NCBI GenBank assembly: GCA_904063045.1
Contig: CAJFCJ010000006.1
Span: 3,178,408-3,242,407, forward strand
Source: Dimorphilus gyrociliatus
Taxonomy: Eukaryota; Animalia; Annelida
DNA: 64,000 nt
Direction: 5' to 3'
Shown: positions 36,501 to 50,419 of the stretch, one piece after another
Layout: every line of letters starts with the position of its first letter
Numbering within the stretch: the first letter of the stretch is position 1
Position numbers and translations under genes: made by a program
Notes under the pieces: model-generated
Databases searched by the model: none
The model's input: the letters and a program-made list of their open reading frames with translations, nothing else
What the model was told of the DNA's origin: nothing

Positions 36501-39500
36501 TTTTATCGCCCTGAATATACACACCTTTTCTCTTTCTCTCTCTGTTTTGCTGTCTATACTTTTCTAACTGAGTATATAGAAAAGTAATATAACAAAGGGA
36601 AAAAATGAACAATGTTTAAACAGATGTAGTTTATGACTGCAAAATATAAAAATATTGCTTGCAGTTCATTGATTATATTTTTTTTTGCGGCGTCATCCGG
36701 AATATTAAACAGGTATTGGTATTCAATAGCACGTTATTCAGTTCTACTTTTAGTCGGTGTTTTCGATGTGAAATTGATTGATTTAGGTGGACGCGATAGT
36801 GTTTGTCTAATCGTTAAACAAATGAAAGGTAATGAGATATTTTCCAAAGTATTTTTGTTGATATAAATGTTTATTCTAGGGTGGTCGGTTTGTCAAAAGG
36901 TTAGCAGATGTACTTGTGTTCAATGATATGCATATATTGATATTTCAGGCCCTAAAGACAGAATATGGTTAAATATTCATATTTAATTCGTCTACATCCT
37001 CTCTGTCTTCCTCTCTTAGGCTTTCCCAATCAATCCATCTCTATCTTATCGTAACTATGTAGAGTAAGGTTATTCTTAAGTATTAGACACATCTATAAAT
37101 CATTCGATAGGCCTACCAATTTGCTAAAGATAAGCTCCCTATTGTAAGCTTACATTTTCACAATAAAAAACGTAAAACACTGTAAAGACGAAACTAAATT
37201 AACCAAATAGAGGCATAATTTGTAATTAAACTTGACGTTGTGTTAATGGAGAGGAGACGCCCAAAACAATCTTTATAAATACAAATTAGCGAGAAAAAAC
37301 CGTGTGTTTTTTTTTGCTCTAATGCCCCTAAAGACATTTTTTCCGGTTAGATTAACAACTATCCCAATTCGATCATCAGGAAGGAAAATCATAGATGCAT
37401 TCGTTTCCTGTTCTATCATTAGTATTTATACAGGAAAAGACAAATTTTGCCGGTTCATAGGTTGTACATTAATCATTCACCCAGATAGAATAAATAAGAA
37501 CTGGCCCGAAAAGTCCCTTAATCAATATAAAGATATACAACTATGTCTTTCTTTCACAACATCTTCTTATCCCTGCCTGCTTGTCTGCCTGTCTGCCTGT
37601 CTCTCTCTCTCACTTACTCACTATCTTTCACTTACTCACAGACTCTCATTCTCTCTCTCTCCTTGTTGCGTTCCTTTTACGACGTCTTTTACTGTCAGTC
37701 AATTTGTCTACGCACGTGATCAAATGCCAAGAAGCTGATTTTTTAAAATAAGACTTCAAGGAAGGAGAAATAAGAAAGAATGCTTGTAAATGGGAGAGAA
37801 CAAATATTACAAGGTTTATAAAAATAAAGAAATTCCAAACTAAAAATAGGAATAGTTTTTCCATCTCTGTTAGTTACGTAAGCGATTAAGATAGGCCTAA
37901 TAGATGTTGCTTTTTTTCAAAATAGAATAATTCGCCCTCTCTCGATCTCTATCTCTATCTATTTCTCTCTCCCCCCCCTCTCTCTCTCTCTCTCTTTAAA
38001 TTACGTACTATCTTTACAAGAATGCGTAATATGTACAGCAATACATAATCATCAATGCATAAACATATTTATCTATTGTATCGTATTCAGCATCTATGCA
38101 ATTAAGATGTCGGTTTGTTTCAGATATAACCTGATCGATTGTCTCGTTTTCCTTTTGTTGTTTTAATTGGGAAAGAGAAGAAGAAAATACAGAAGAGAAA
38201 AGAGACTAAATAGATGAGATATTTCAAATAAATTTTGATATTAATACATTTAATAGCCGTTTCATTCTTTCAAACTAAATGGGATTTATATGAAATATGA
38301 ATAGAGTAATATACAGTATATATCATATATTCTCTCTTACTGTATAAGTAAAATATATATATATATATATATATATTGATAAAAGTTTTAGTATTAATAA
38401 ATAATCAATAACATTTTCACAAAATCTGTTATAAAATAGCCAATCGATACTTTTTTTTATACTCCAGACTATTGGCTAAAAAAATCCTCTAAATCCAATA
38501 GTCCATTCGGTTTTTCGTGTACTATTACTTTCTTTTCAACACCCATTTTTACGGCAAATTTGTGAAAAATAAAAAAAAAATCCTAATCAAATAATCATGC
38601 CATAAATTCCATTTCTGATCAATCTCTCTGTCTCATTCTATCTCTATCTGTTTTCGGTGTTATTACTCTTGTTCTTTCTTTCTATATATTATTATTATAT
38701 ATACAAATCTATTCTTTTAAATAGAGATCAAAGCTTTACACTTTAATTAAGTTTTACGTTGTTGCCTGTTCGCGTAGGAGAACGTGATTTTTTTTTATTC
38801 AAAATGGTGTTTTCTATATAGTAATTGTATCCGTTAAAAAAATTCACTTTTGACCTGTTTATCAAGATCTAACAGTCAATAACAACTTGTTATTCCATGT
38901 AAACTTACATATACAAAAAGCGTTTTTATGTACAATATATCATATTTGTATATATAGTATACATTTTACAATATGTGCCATTCATGATTACGCTATCGAT
39001 TTAGACATCATAAAAAAATTTTACTATCATTTGATTGTAAAAATATACTATGAAAAGATTTTAAGAGGTATAAACTAATTTATTTTCAAATGTTGACTTT
39101 ACAAAATGTCTGATAAATATGTATATTTATTTTCTTTCCTCTTCAATTACAACTTCTGCTAAATGGCTACAAATCGTAACAAACTTTCAATAGTTATGTA
39201 TATTTATATATATAGTACAATGTGTACATACTATTCACTATAGACAGCTTTATATACTGTAATATTCAGTTTAAATATACTTTTACAAACTTTTCATAGG
39301 CCTATGTTACTTCTTTCACAAAATAGCAAAGATTTTTTTGGATATTTATATTTTTAGATCGATCAGGCATAATTCTTTTGAATAATAAAGACAAAGAGAG
39401 GAAAAGAGAAGAGTTGAGTGAGATGGAGAAAGAGAGTTCTTTTCGGTCTATATAGTTGATTGGGGTCGATTAGTATAATGACGGTAATTTACTAACCAGT

Positions 39501-42500
39501 AAGTTATTTAAAAATTCGAAACTCTGAGAAATAAACGGTCGAAAATGGCTCGAGGGAAATAATTATTGTGTTGGAGAAAGGCAATCGACCAAGGGTCAGT
39601 TATTAACCGAAAATGTCAAATAATATTTAATCAACCGGAAATAGTTAATTATTCAATTAAGTTATATAAGATTTACCTTGCGAAACGTTACAAAAAGTAA
39701 GAGCATTTTGTATGTCAATAATTATTCTATTATTACAAAAATTTGAGAGCAGTAGAGTAAAAATTTACTAAAGGATTTACAAGATTAACACAACTGAAAA
39801 GAGTAGGTCATGAATATTTATATACAGCACGTTCCTTTTTCGACATTGTTTGTAATCGCTTCGTAAACGATTTAAGCTCACCAATTACCGCCTATTTATT
39901 CTTTCATATCAATTAAAAAGTAATAGAGTATATTGTAGTATACATATGTATCTAATATATAGGATATAATAGGTGTTACAATGAATCTTTTCTACTTTTT
40001 ATAGTACGCCAATCCTAGAAAAACAATTTGATCACTGTATAATCTTATATAGAACACTACTTCCATTGGGAAATAATATCCTGTAATCTTCCTCTAATGG
40101 AACATTTCTACTTCCGTTTTCGCCTGACTTTACTAATTATATATTGTACATTGTGTAAAACCGTGAAGGAGAGATGCCGTTATTTATTCCGGTCGATACG
40201 AAGCTTTTTTATGGCCTGTCAGTCAACTCACACTTCTCCTTTTTATTTCCTTCGATCAATCTATAAAATCCTACAGTTTCTATTCAGATTTGAAGAGAAT
40301 GTGCTGTTTTCACTCAACTAATTTTTCTATTTTTAAAACTCAATGCATGAATAATTCAAAGTTAAAATTAGTAAATAATGTATAAATTATGCAAATACGT
40401 TATAAAAGCCTATGTATTTTACATAGAACAAAGATTACTTTATTAGACATATTCTCTCAAGGACACATTAGTAACTTTAAACCATCCTATTGTATGAATT
40501 ATAATACAATTCCTTATTTCAAATTTCTTAACAAAGGTTATGTAATAAAACAAAGAAATAAAAAAAACAGTAGATATTAATCTTCATTAAAATTTTTGTT
40601 TTTATCAGAAAACTAGGTAATTTATGAAAAAAAAGAAAAGAAATAAGGTCACAGGTTATTTCCAACAAGTAGGAAAGGTCTTATTTACTTAACGAACCAT
40701 TAAGATATGAATCAGTCCCTTTTACAACGGTTAGAAGTTAGTGAACATGTTCTATTCTTAAAATTCCTTTCATGTACAACGATTACTATTACACGCAATT
40801 TTCCCTCTCTCTCTTTCCATCTCTGACTCAATCATTCTCTTTTATATGTACATTTACGCATGAAATCGTTTAAATCGCCATTTTTAGGTGTTTTATTAAT
40901 ACATTTTCTGGCTAATATCAATTTGATATTGCTGAATTGCTACTTTCCTATTAACGTGATTTATCCTTTCAGTATATTTATAGAGGCTTAAAATGGCGTA
41001 ATATTCACATTTACTTCATGTTGTATTGCCAATTAATTCATTGTACAAAACGATCAACCGTCAAATTCTCAATTAAGTAATGCCACTGTCAAAAGGTTTT
41101 ACCATCTGCTAAGAATATCCATTTACACTTTGCAGATAAACTCGATATCCCGTTATGAAATAACCCAAGAAATAAAGCGTCGAATAAGAAAGGACAAACG
41201 AGAGGCAAAAAAAAGGGGGGGGAACGAAATGACAGGCGTCTATTTGATATGGTTCTTTAAATAAATATGTTTTTATCCCTTAAGCGCATTAGACCATTCG
41301 TATTCTTACTCGATATTAGCAAACATCGTGAACAAATCAACAAAGTTTGACATCTTTGTTTTACTCCTTATTTAATATAAAGAAACTGGAATTGTATATC
41401 GTGACAAAGTATGAGCAGGTGCGCGGGACGTTTGGGAGAATGGTTTCGCAGAAAAAAAAGAGTAGAAAAATAGACGCTTTACTCAGAGTTCTCTTGACGA
41501 TTTCAACAGCTACTTTAAACAAACATGCAAAGTGTCACTTGTGCATAAAAACATTTGCTTAAAACGCTATCAACTGCTCTCTATTCTGTAGTATCATGCC
41601 TCCGAATTTTTCAAACAATACCTATTCGCGGGATGTCTCCTGGGGCGTCCATGACTCATCGGCGTTGTCACGCAACGTCTACGAGGGGATTATATGGTAG
41701 AATGCTATTTGATTACGAAATCTGATTGGGGAGGAAAATTAGCCAAAAATATTCTTATTAAATCCAGCGCTATTGTCCAAAAAAGATGTTACCAATTGGA
41801 AGATAACAACTACAAAATTATTCTTTTTCTATTCCAAACGTGCCCTCTTCTATAAGTGTCTACTGTATTTTTAATATAATTGACTGCCGTCTGATTCTTT
41901 TTCCTTTTACGGTTAAATAAGAGAGAAAGAAGGAAAAAACCGGCATCTTTCAAGCGTCATTTCTTTCATGCATCGTTAGTTTTCTTTCTCTTTTTTTTTC
42001 CTTATAAATCATTATTAAAAAGATTAAAAAGGAAAAAAACCTAATAGGTGGCCATTAAACAATACTATTGTTTACTAAAAAATCTCTTTTGGATTCTAAT
42101 CCACTTTAGTTTTATATAATACAGAGAAAAACCATGAAAATTTAGTTATTTCAAATCCTCCGAGAATTTTCAATAGACAGATGGAAAGAATGGAAGAGAG
42201 TAGGTGAATAAATAGTAAAGATATAAAAAAATACAAAAGTATGCAAATTCTACGAATAATAGGATAGATAGAGAGATGAACAAAAAAGAAATTCCCGCAA
42301 GTGCTAGAGTAAATTTCGAAGAACGTGATAAAAAACACATGGAATAATTTCATAGCTGCAGGAAACTTTTAACTCGTAAAACAAGCCGAAAAGAAAGACG
42401 AAAGTGAATGAGATCACGTGATACACCTATTCCTCCTCGAAATAGTCACTACAGGAAGCTATTGATTAAGTCTGGTTTCTTTTTACTGTTTAAAAAGGAA

Positions 42501-42922
42501 TGCTTTTGGTTTACAGGCGAATTATAGATTAACTTTATTGTAGATAATAAAATTGTAAGAACAGACAATTGTACTTTTTTCACCAACTAAATAGGAGGAG
42601 GTTGACCCAATTTATGTGTTAAGCGATTTAGAGTTCATGTTAAAAATAAAGTAATTTAACCGATTAAGTTACAGCATTTAGGCGCCAAAAATAATGCCTT
42701 CATACATGAACCTTCTTAACCTAAACGAACTATGAAACATTAATTGCATAATCTTACGAAACAAATGTATAAACTATACAAGCACTTAATGGAAAGATAG
42801 AGAGAAAATACTGGAGAAACAGAGAGAGAGAGAGAGAAATACGGATGAAAATAGCCTATGACATTTTTAATTAGGCGTGGTTCCTATTTTATTTCATTCG
42901 TTTCTCAGCTCTTATACCTCCT

Positions 42923-42956
<34 letters not shown>

Positions 42957-45900
42957 TCCTCCCTCGCTCCTTCGATCTATCTATCTCTCTATCTACCTCT
43001 CTTTAAGTGCACTTGTTATGAAATAAATCATCCTATAAGAAAAGGCCCTATTCTATTCTCATCTATTTGTTATAAGTAGCCATGCTTGAATTTTGTGAAT
43101 AACTGTTGAATCATTTCATATAATAGAGTTTTTGTCACTATCTTTATATACATATATACTATATAAATTTTACCATTAACTATTATACAAGTCATGTGAC
43201 CCTGCGGCAAAAATCTACTTTTAGAAAGCTTGTTATAAGATTAACTGGTTATACGATTTTTAGGGTATGATAGGGATTAAGGGATAAGTTCTTTTACTCC
43301 AATATGTTCATAAAAATAGCAAAATAGATATGAAAAACTATTAGGGATTTTGCTATTATAACTGAATTTATTCTATTATATAATAATATTCATATTGAAC
43401 TATTCGATTTACACAGTAAATTATAGCAGAAGAGAGAAAATGAGAACAATTAGAAATTGATTGTTATTTAATATTTTACGGAGAGTATTTAGTAATACAT
43501 ATTGAGAAGGAAAATACATGGGAAGATGTGTGAATGATCATATGATACCGGTAGAAGCCTTTGGACAGAATCTCTCCCTCTACACGCCCCCTTAAGATCT
43601 TATCGTTTACAGCTCCAGGGCACGCTGATAAAATCGGACGTTGGAAATTTTTCATGGCTAAATCAGCGGATTAGGGCGGACGTTATAGGTGGAACAGACC
43701 TGTATAAAAATACGTCTGTCCATTTCCCACGTAATAAGATTGCGGAAAATAGAGAATATAGTCTAGAGCTTTAAAAAGGTCACGTGGCGCTGGAAGAAAG
43801 CTCTTCGTCGGGCCCTTGAGATGTAGTATATTTCGCTTCTCTAGAGGGGGAGAGCTTTACCATTCACCCTCTTTCTCTTAATAATTGATCAACTTTCTGC
43901 CTACATTTTCCTATTTACCTTAACAAAATTAATTAAAGCGAGGTAAAACGGTTGATTTAATGAAAACTTTCAAAGGTTTCTTTTCATCTGTATCCGCCTA
44001 ATTTTTTCCGCCATTTTGAACAAATTACAAACAAAGAGAGAAAAAAAGAACGCCTGCAAGACATGCGAAAGAAACTTGTACAAATAAAATAGGAAAAAAC
44101 ATGGGGCAAAAAAAAGGGAAAAGCTACTAAGGTGACAGATGCGAGATAAGCATAAACTTTCGGTATAAAATAGGCTGATAAAAAGGTTATTGACCCATTT
44201 TTCACTATGACCCAGCTCCCCAACCTTTCTTCCTCCATTACGATGACAGATGCTTCCGTAAATGACGGCTTTTAAAACGTTCCCATAGCGTTCTTTTACA
44301 CTATTGCAGATGCGTTTGAATGTTACGCTTTAAATGTTTCTTATCTTAAATTTTTTTCCTTTTAAAGCAAACTTTAAAATAACCTTATTCAAGTATATAT
44401 TTCACAAATATATACAGGACATACGTGTACGAATAAATATAAAATGCATATTAAGGGATATAGTATAATGTTCTACTTTAGCGCCAGTTGGCCCATGTGG
44501 CGCCCGTTATTTTCCACATGTTGTTTGTCTTTCCTCAAAAAAAAATGCTCAATGTACACACAGCCTTTGTTACAAACTTTTTGTTTTCTGAGAGAGATTT
44601 TCATAACTTATATGATTTAATAATAAAAAAAAACCAAATCAAAACAAAATCTCAATATTATAGACATAGGAATAGGGGAAAAAAACACAGTACAATAGAA
44701 CGTTTATTGAGTGAATTAGAACCCCTATAATACAGCCCCAAAAAATACCCCTCGTTATTCTGTTCTCTTCCACTTTCTCTTTCATTCTTCGCGAACGATA
44801 TTAGACTGACAAGCAAATATTTGCAGACTCTAATTCCAGTTTAAATATGGATTTCTTTAAAACATTACGCGTCCGATTTCAAATTGGTATTATATAAAAA
44901 GTGCATTGTTTATGATAAAAAACAAATATAATGAATAATCTAACATTGCGTAACAATTGATGAATAGCTTATAAATGATAGGAAAAGGTATTAAAAGTGG
45001 GTATTGTGAAATTGAACTTTGACCTCAAACAGAGGGAATACGGATTAATCGGGTATTAGCGCGTTTCTTATTGATGTGGAGATTTTTTTTCAGCGTTTAC
45101 AAAGGGAAATCGCTATCGGTTCTGGGAATGAAAGTGAGCGTTTAGCTCGTCTACTAATAATTTTTTTTCGTCAATAAAAGAAAAAATAAAAGGACGGAAA
45201 GGAGAACAACAGCACAAGAGAGAAAGAGAGGAAGAGTAGAACGAGCTTGAGAAACAAAAGAGAAAGAATATCGGTGGAAAAATTAAAAAGCACGATCTAT
45301 ATTGCAGCGGAAACGCCAGTGTATGCCTTTCTTTTAACAGTTGGAACATAATGATGATAGATGCGTCTATAACTTAGTGCATGACTCAACTTCAATATCG
45401 ACGCTCTTAATCTGCGTGTGTGAGCGTGTATGTGTTGTTTTTACTATGGGCGTTTAATATCTTCGGAGAATAATAATAAATTAATTTGTTACAATCGTTC
45501 TCAACCCTTTCTCAGTAGATTAATAAGGATAGTCTTCAAGTATTAGATAAGAAGTTTCTTACATCTTAAGTACGCTAAGCGTATAAAGAACTAAGAAAAA
45601 GTGGAAGGAAAAAGAAGGAAAAGGAGGAGAAGAATAATAGAAATCTTTATACTTCAAAGAATTACGCTAATTAATTTAATAGAGTCTTAGGCTTTTGTTG
45701 AATATTAATGAGTAGATAACAACTTTCTGCTTCTTATATAATGTATAATCGAATAGAATAGACATTGTCATCAGTAAACGGATTGTCTGTATTAAATTAT
45801 AAATAGCCTAGATTCTAGAATATAACATGTGTCCTCCTACTGTGTAACGTATAAAAAAAACGGCCAAAGGGAATCAAAAAAAAGAGAGAAAAAGTTTTGT

Positions 45901-47229
45901 CTAACTAAAAAAAGAGAAGAAAAGCCTATAACAGAGAAGAGAGGATGGAGAATGGGCTTTGGCAAAAAATCTTTCCAAGTAGCATCCTCCTACAACTTCC
46001 TTATTCTAAAATATTCTCAATTACATAACCGTTAACATTCCTATTCGTTATACTATCACGCACTATTGCTATTTACTCAAAAATTGAATGATAAATTGCC
46101 CCTTGCACCTGGCTATTATCTACACCACCTGACTCTTTTAATGACCATCGTCCGGTAATTCTTCATAAATAAAACTTATATCAAAGAATGAACAGGAAGG
46201 CGAAGAACTTTTCCATTAAGGAAACATTTGCTCTTACGCTTGTTTGTTTGTTTTTTTTTTTTAATATAACCGAAAACCGCAGATCACTTGGCAAAATTAA
46301 AAGTAAATCGTATCAGAAATTGTGTTATCTAATTGTTAATTTGTTACTTAATCTGGCTACTCTTTAATCTATATTTCAATAGAAATAACGGAGAATACAA
46401 CATCTATAACAGATAGTGTTTAAAGGCCTATTTCGAATTTTTTAATACTGATCAATATTGATTATTAAATACCAACCTCTTTAATGAAATTGTCAGAGAA
46501 CACACATGTATAAAAGCTATAAGAAATGTGCTCTATGCAGATATCCTATGTACCGAACAGCGTATTCAACATATATGTGTGATTCTTCGATTCCATTAGA
46601 AGACTAGCAGTGTCCTCTAGAAAGGGTAATAATAATTGTGAAAAAAATTATTGGCGCCATCTTTCGTCAGTTCCAGAAATAAACTATGTAGACGCTCAGA
46701 AATTTTTAAAACTTGTAATATTTTTTATGAATTAAACTTAATTTATTGCATTTTCGAAAAATATTTACATATTTATAAATATCTACCCGTTTTGATAAAA
46801 ACATCCGCTAATTATGAAATTCTATATTTGATAAAATATTCGAATATATTTCTATAGTAATAGTTGTAAATGGATTGTGTCCAAATTAGGATAACCTCTA
46901 TAAGTATAGGATATTATGTTTGCATTGGGCCATAAAACTCAAATAATTGTTTAGCAAGCCTGTCCTATCTATCCATCAATCTATTTATCTCTGTCTCTCT
47001 TTCTTACAAAAGGATTAGTTGTTAATTATAAAAAATAAAAACTGCCTAAATTTCTGTATTTCACAATTTCTGTCTTTTTTATAAGTTTTATTAACATTAT
47101 ATTTCTAAAGAGGCGCCAACTAGTTTTATAAATCAAGTGATATTTAGCTATTCTTATCTAATCAGTTGGAAAAAGTATAAAAACTGTATAAAAGATTAGA
47201 AGGTAGTAAGATAATTATTTTCTATTATC

Positions 47230-48690
47230 ATGTTTAAGGTTAGAAGCTCACATACTGTGGCAATATGCATTTCTTTTGTAATTTGTAGTTTATATATATA
47301 CAATAAGTTATTAAATTCTTTGGAGGAACCTATAAAATCCCATACCATTTTACTACAAAGAATAATTGAGAACCAAATGACTTTTCAGAATAGAATAGAT
47401 GATTTAATAGATTTTTGTGAAGATGAGCTGATGAGAATTAAACAATTTGAATATAACAATTTTTCATACTGGACAAACTATGTTATTAATTCGACAGAGG
47501 AAACCTATTTTCAGTGGATCTCTGGAAGAGATTCAATTGCTACAATTGTTGTATGGAGGAATCAAGTTAATTTTACTCTAAGGAGTGATTATTATAATTA
47601 CATATCCAATAACTGTGATATTCTAACGAATGATATATACGGAGGAACTTTTGGAGTGGATAATTACAATTTAACGTGCTTCACTAATGAATTTAGTGCA
47701 TTTAAGAACAAAAAAACTTTAAGCAATTCTGTTTTCAAGATAGGATTACCGCAAAATTCTGTAAAATATCTCAGACGTGTATGGAATAGAAGCGACAACG
47801 ACTTTCCATTAAGTTACATTCATATAGCACATAATGCTTTTGTTAATATAGACGGTGATGTTTGGAAGGATGACTATAAAATCTTAACGCAAAGATGCTT
47901 CCAATCAGGCCACAATTTGAGGATTCCGTTACTGACATATTTTTTCTTTGCTAGAAGTTATGATAGAGTATTTGTGCTAACTCAAAAATCTTCGGATGCC
48001 TACTTTCACTTTACAGTGGAAAATCTGCCAAGATTAATGCCATATTATAAATGGTTATTGAAAAAAGAATCTATAAAAATACTACTGGCTAAACCAAAGT
48101 ATGAAAAATACTTTCAAGAGGTCGTTTCAGCTTTAAAAATACCCAAAAGTAGGATTATACATGATGAATATATAAAAGCAAGAATTCTATATTATCCTGC
48201 AGGAGGAACTTGCGGTAGATCACCAATTTACGGAACTCAATTACTAGCTAATTATTTCAATAATTCCAATAATCAAGAGAATAAGACAAGAATAATTATT
48301 CTGATGAAACGATCGTCGCCTACAAGACAATGGTTAAGGCATAAATATATTCTTCAAATGGTTGAAAGAATCGCTAAAGAACATTTACTAGAAGTAATGG
48401 AATTTTCTGATAATCCAGCTCCGTCTTTTACAGAGACTGTTGAGTATTTTTCTAGGGCAAAGCTGATTCTAGGTCCGCACGGAGCAGGTTTATCGAATAT
48501 CATTTGGGCATCTAAAGATGCTATAATTATTGAAGGTCTATGCAAAATCACTCCTCAACAATCCAATTTATGTTATAGAAATTTGGCAGCCGTTTTGGGG
48601 CTGAGATGGTACGGGATTTCTGATGGCTGTTTGAATTTGAAAGAAGAGGTTCTTGAGCCAATTATTAGAGAGTCTCTGAAGTTTACGTGA
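47230..48690 (+). CDS. Intronless type II membrane glycosyltransferase, GT61/DUF563-like (486 aa)
   Basis: N-terminal TM (HTVAICISFVICSLYIY), stem region, then AYFHFTVENLPRL, RSSPTRQW and FSRAKLILGPHGAGLSNIIW...IIE, the conserved GT61 C-terminal HGAGL.N motif. Confidence 0.82.
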   Translation: MFKVRSSHTVAICISFVICSLYIYNKLLNSLEEPIKSHTILLQRIIENQMTFQNRIDDLIDFCEDELMRIKQFEYNNFSYWTNYVINSTEETYFQWISGRDSIATIVVWRNQVNFTLRSDYYNYISNNCDILTNDIYGGTFGVDNYNLTCFTNEFSAFKNKKTLSNSVFKIGLPQNSVKYLRRVWNRSDNDFPLSYIHIAHNAFVNIDGDVWKDDYKILTQRCFQSGHNLRIPLLTYFFFARSYDRVFVLTQKSSDAYFHFTVENLPRLMPYYKWLLKKESIKILLAKPKYEKYFQEVVSALKIPKSRIIHDEYIKARILYYPAGGTCGRSPIYGTQLLANYFNNSNNQENKTRIIILMKRSSPTRQWLRHKYILQMVERIAKEHLLEVMEFSDNPAPSFTETVEYFSRAKLILGPHGAGLSNIIWASKDAIIIEGLCKITPQQSNLCYRNLAAVLGLRWYGISDGCLNLKEEVLEPIIRESLKFT

Positions 48691-50419
48691 TAGGTTAGCG
48701 TCGTCATAGAAAAGGCGATATGACGAGTATTGTCCAATTATGAATGACATATTATTGTTTAAAAGTACCTAGTCATATAAAACGTATGTTATGTATACAG
48801 AATAAATGCCACATATGTGTTTACTTCAGGGACCATTCATTCTCTTAAACATTTTCATTTGTGATTTTTTAGTGCAAAAAGAAAAAATAGATTAGTGCCT
48901 AGACTGAGTAAAGGTCATCTAGGACACAGTCCTCTGTCTTTCTCCACCCCCTCCCCCTAGTCTCTTTCTCTCTCACTCTTTATATACATATATATATGTA
49001 TATATATCTTATAACCACTCGTCGCTCAACCACCCCCTTTTCTACCTAGATTCTCTCTCCTATTCATAAACTCTTATTTCTACTTAAATTTAAGGAAAAT
49101 TAAAATGATTAATGATTTTTCTAGAAGATTTGATTATGTTATTAATTAAATAAATAAAGGAATATAAAAGGTAATAAAGATAAAATATAAAAATCAATCA
49201 AATTCTTTAAATAAAACTTCCATTATAGTTATTAACTTCAAATTTAAAGATTAGATTCTTCTAATTATCCCTTCCGTTACTGTTATTGTTTGTTTAGGAG
49301 AGATAAGGTATAGAGAATAGGAGAGATATAGATGCAACACGTATAAAAGTCTATTTATATATACTGTATACATATATACAATTTAACGTGCCTAATAAAC
49401 TTGTATCGATGTACTCTTTGTTTAAAATTAGAATATTAAAATAGTGAAATTTCACTAGAAATACGACGTAAATTATTGCGTAAATAGATTTTCTGTAGAC
49501 CTATTATTGCCTTTTTTTTTTACATACATTTTGCTTTCTACTGCAAAAAAAGAATAAAATGATGCAGAACAATGTTCTGCTAATGTATAGGCTTAGTAAA
49601 GTAAATGATTATAAGGCAAAAAAAATTAAGTATTAAAAAGACTTATATATACTGTATATACAGTAAAAATGCGGTTCTATAAAACACTGTTTTGTTTTGT
49701 TCTTGTGTATATTAATTCTTTATTTTTTTCTTTTCGTAAAAAAAAAAGCAAATAATCTAGAAAGAAAATAGGGAATTGATGGTAAATTAAAAGGGAAATA
49801 TAAGAAAAAAATCATAATTAAGTTAATTTATTGTAGGAGAATAGAGATGGGTGGTAAGGGGGACGGGAAGGGGGGGAGGCGAGAGGGAAGAAAAGAGAAT
49901 TAATTTATGGAAGAATTAGTTTTATAGGCTATTTGATGATATATTTACTATAAAGTAGAAATACGCCTGGTTAGTAAAAGTAAACTTAATCTCTGTATTA
50001 GATTACTATCTAATTTATTCTATTCTATCAGCTAGTTTGTTTTCATCACCTTTTCATAACAGTTTTGTCTCATATAATCTTAAATTGATACAAAACTATA
50101 TAAACATAACTGCAAAACTATACAATTTATTCATATATATGTTACAATATCGGTTTTTGACTGAATAAAGTTTCATGTAGATGATGTTTGTTTACTATAG
50201 AAGTAATCAATGAAGTATAATATTTTCGATAAACATAGTATTTTAAACAAACTAAATTTTTGTATACATAATATAGAGTATTGAGTACTTTTTATACACA
50301 TTATAAAAACACGCTCTTGCAATGAGAGAACGACAATTATTTGGAAAATTATCCCTTTCTTCTGCCAATGAGTACATTTCCTCTTCCAGTTGGTCTATAA
50401 TTTGCGAGTACAAATTCCG

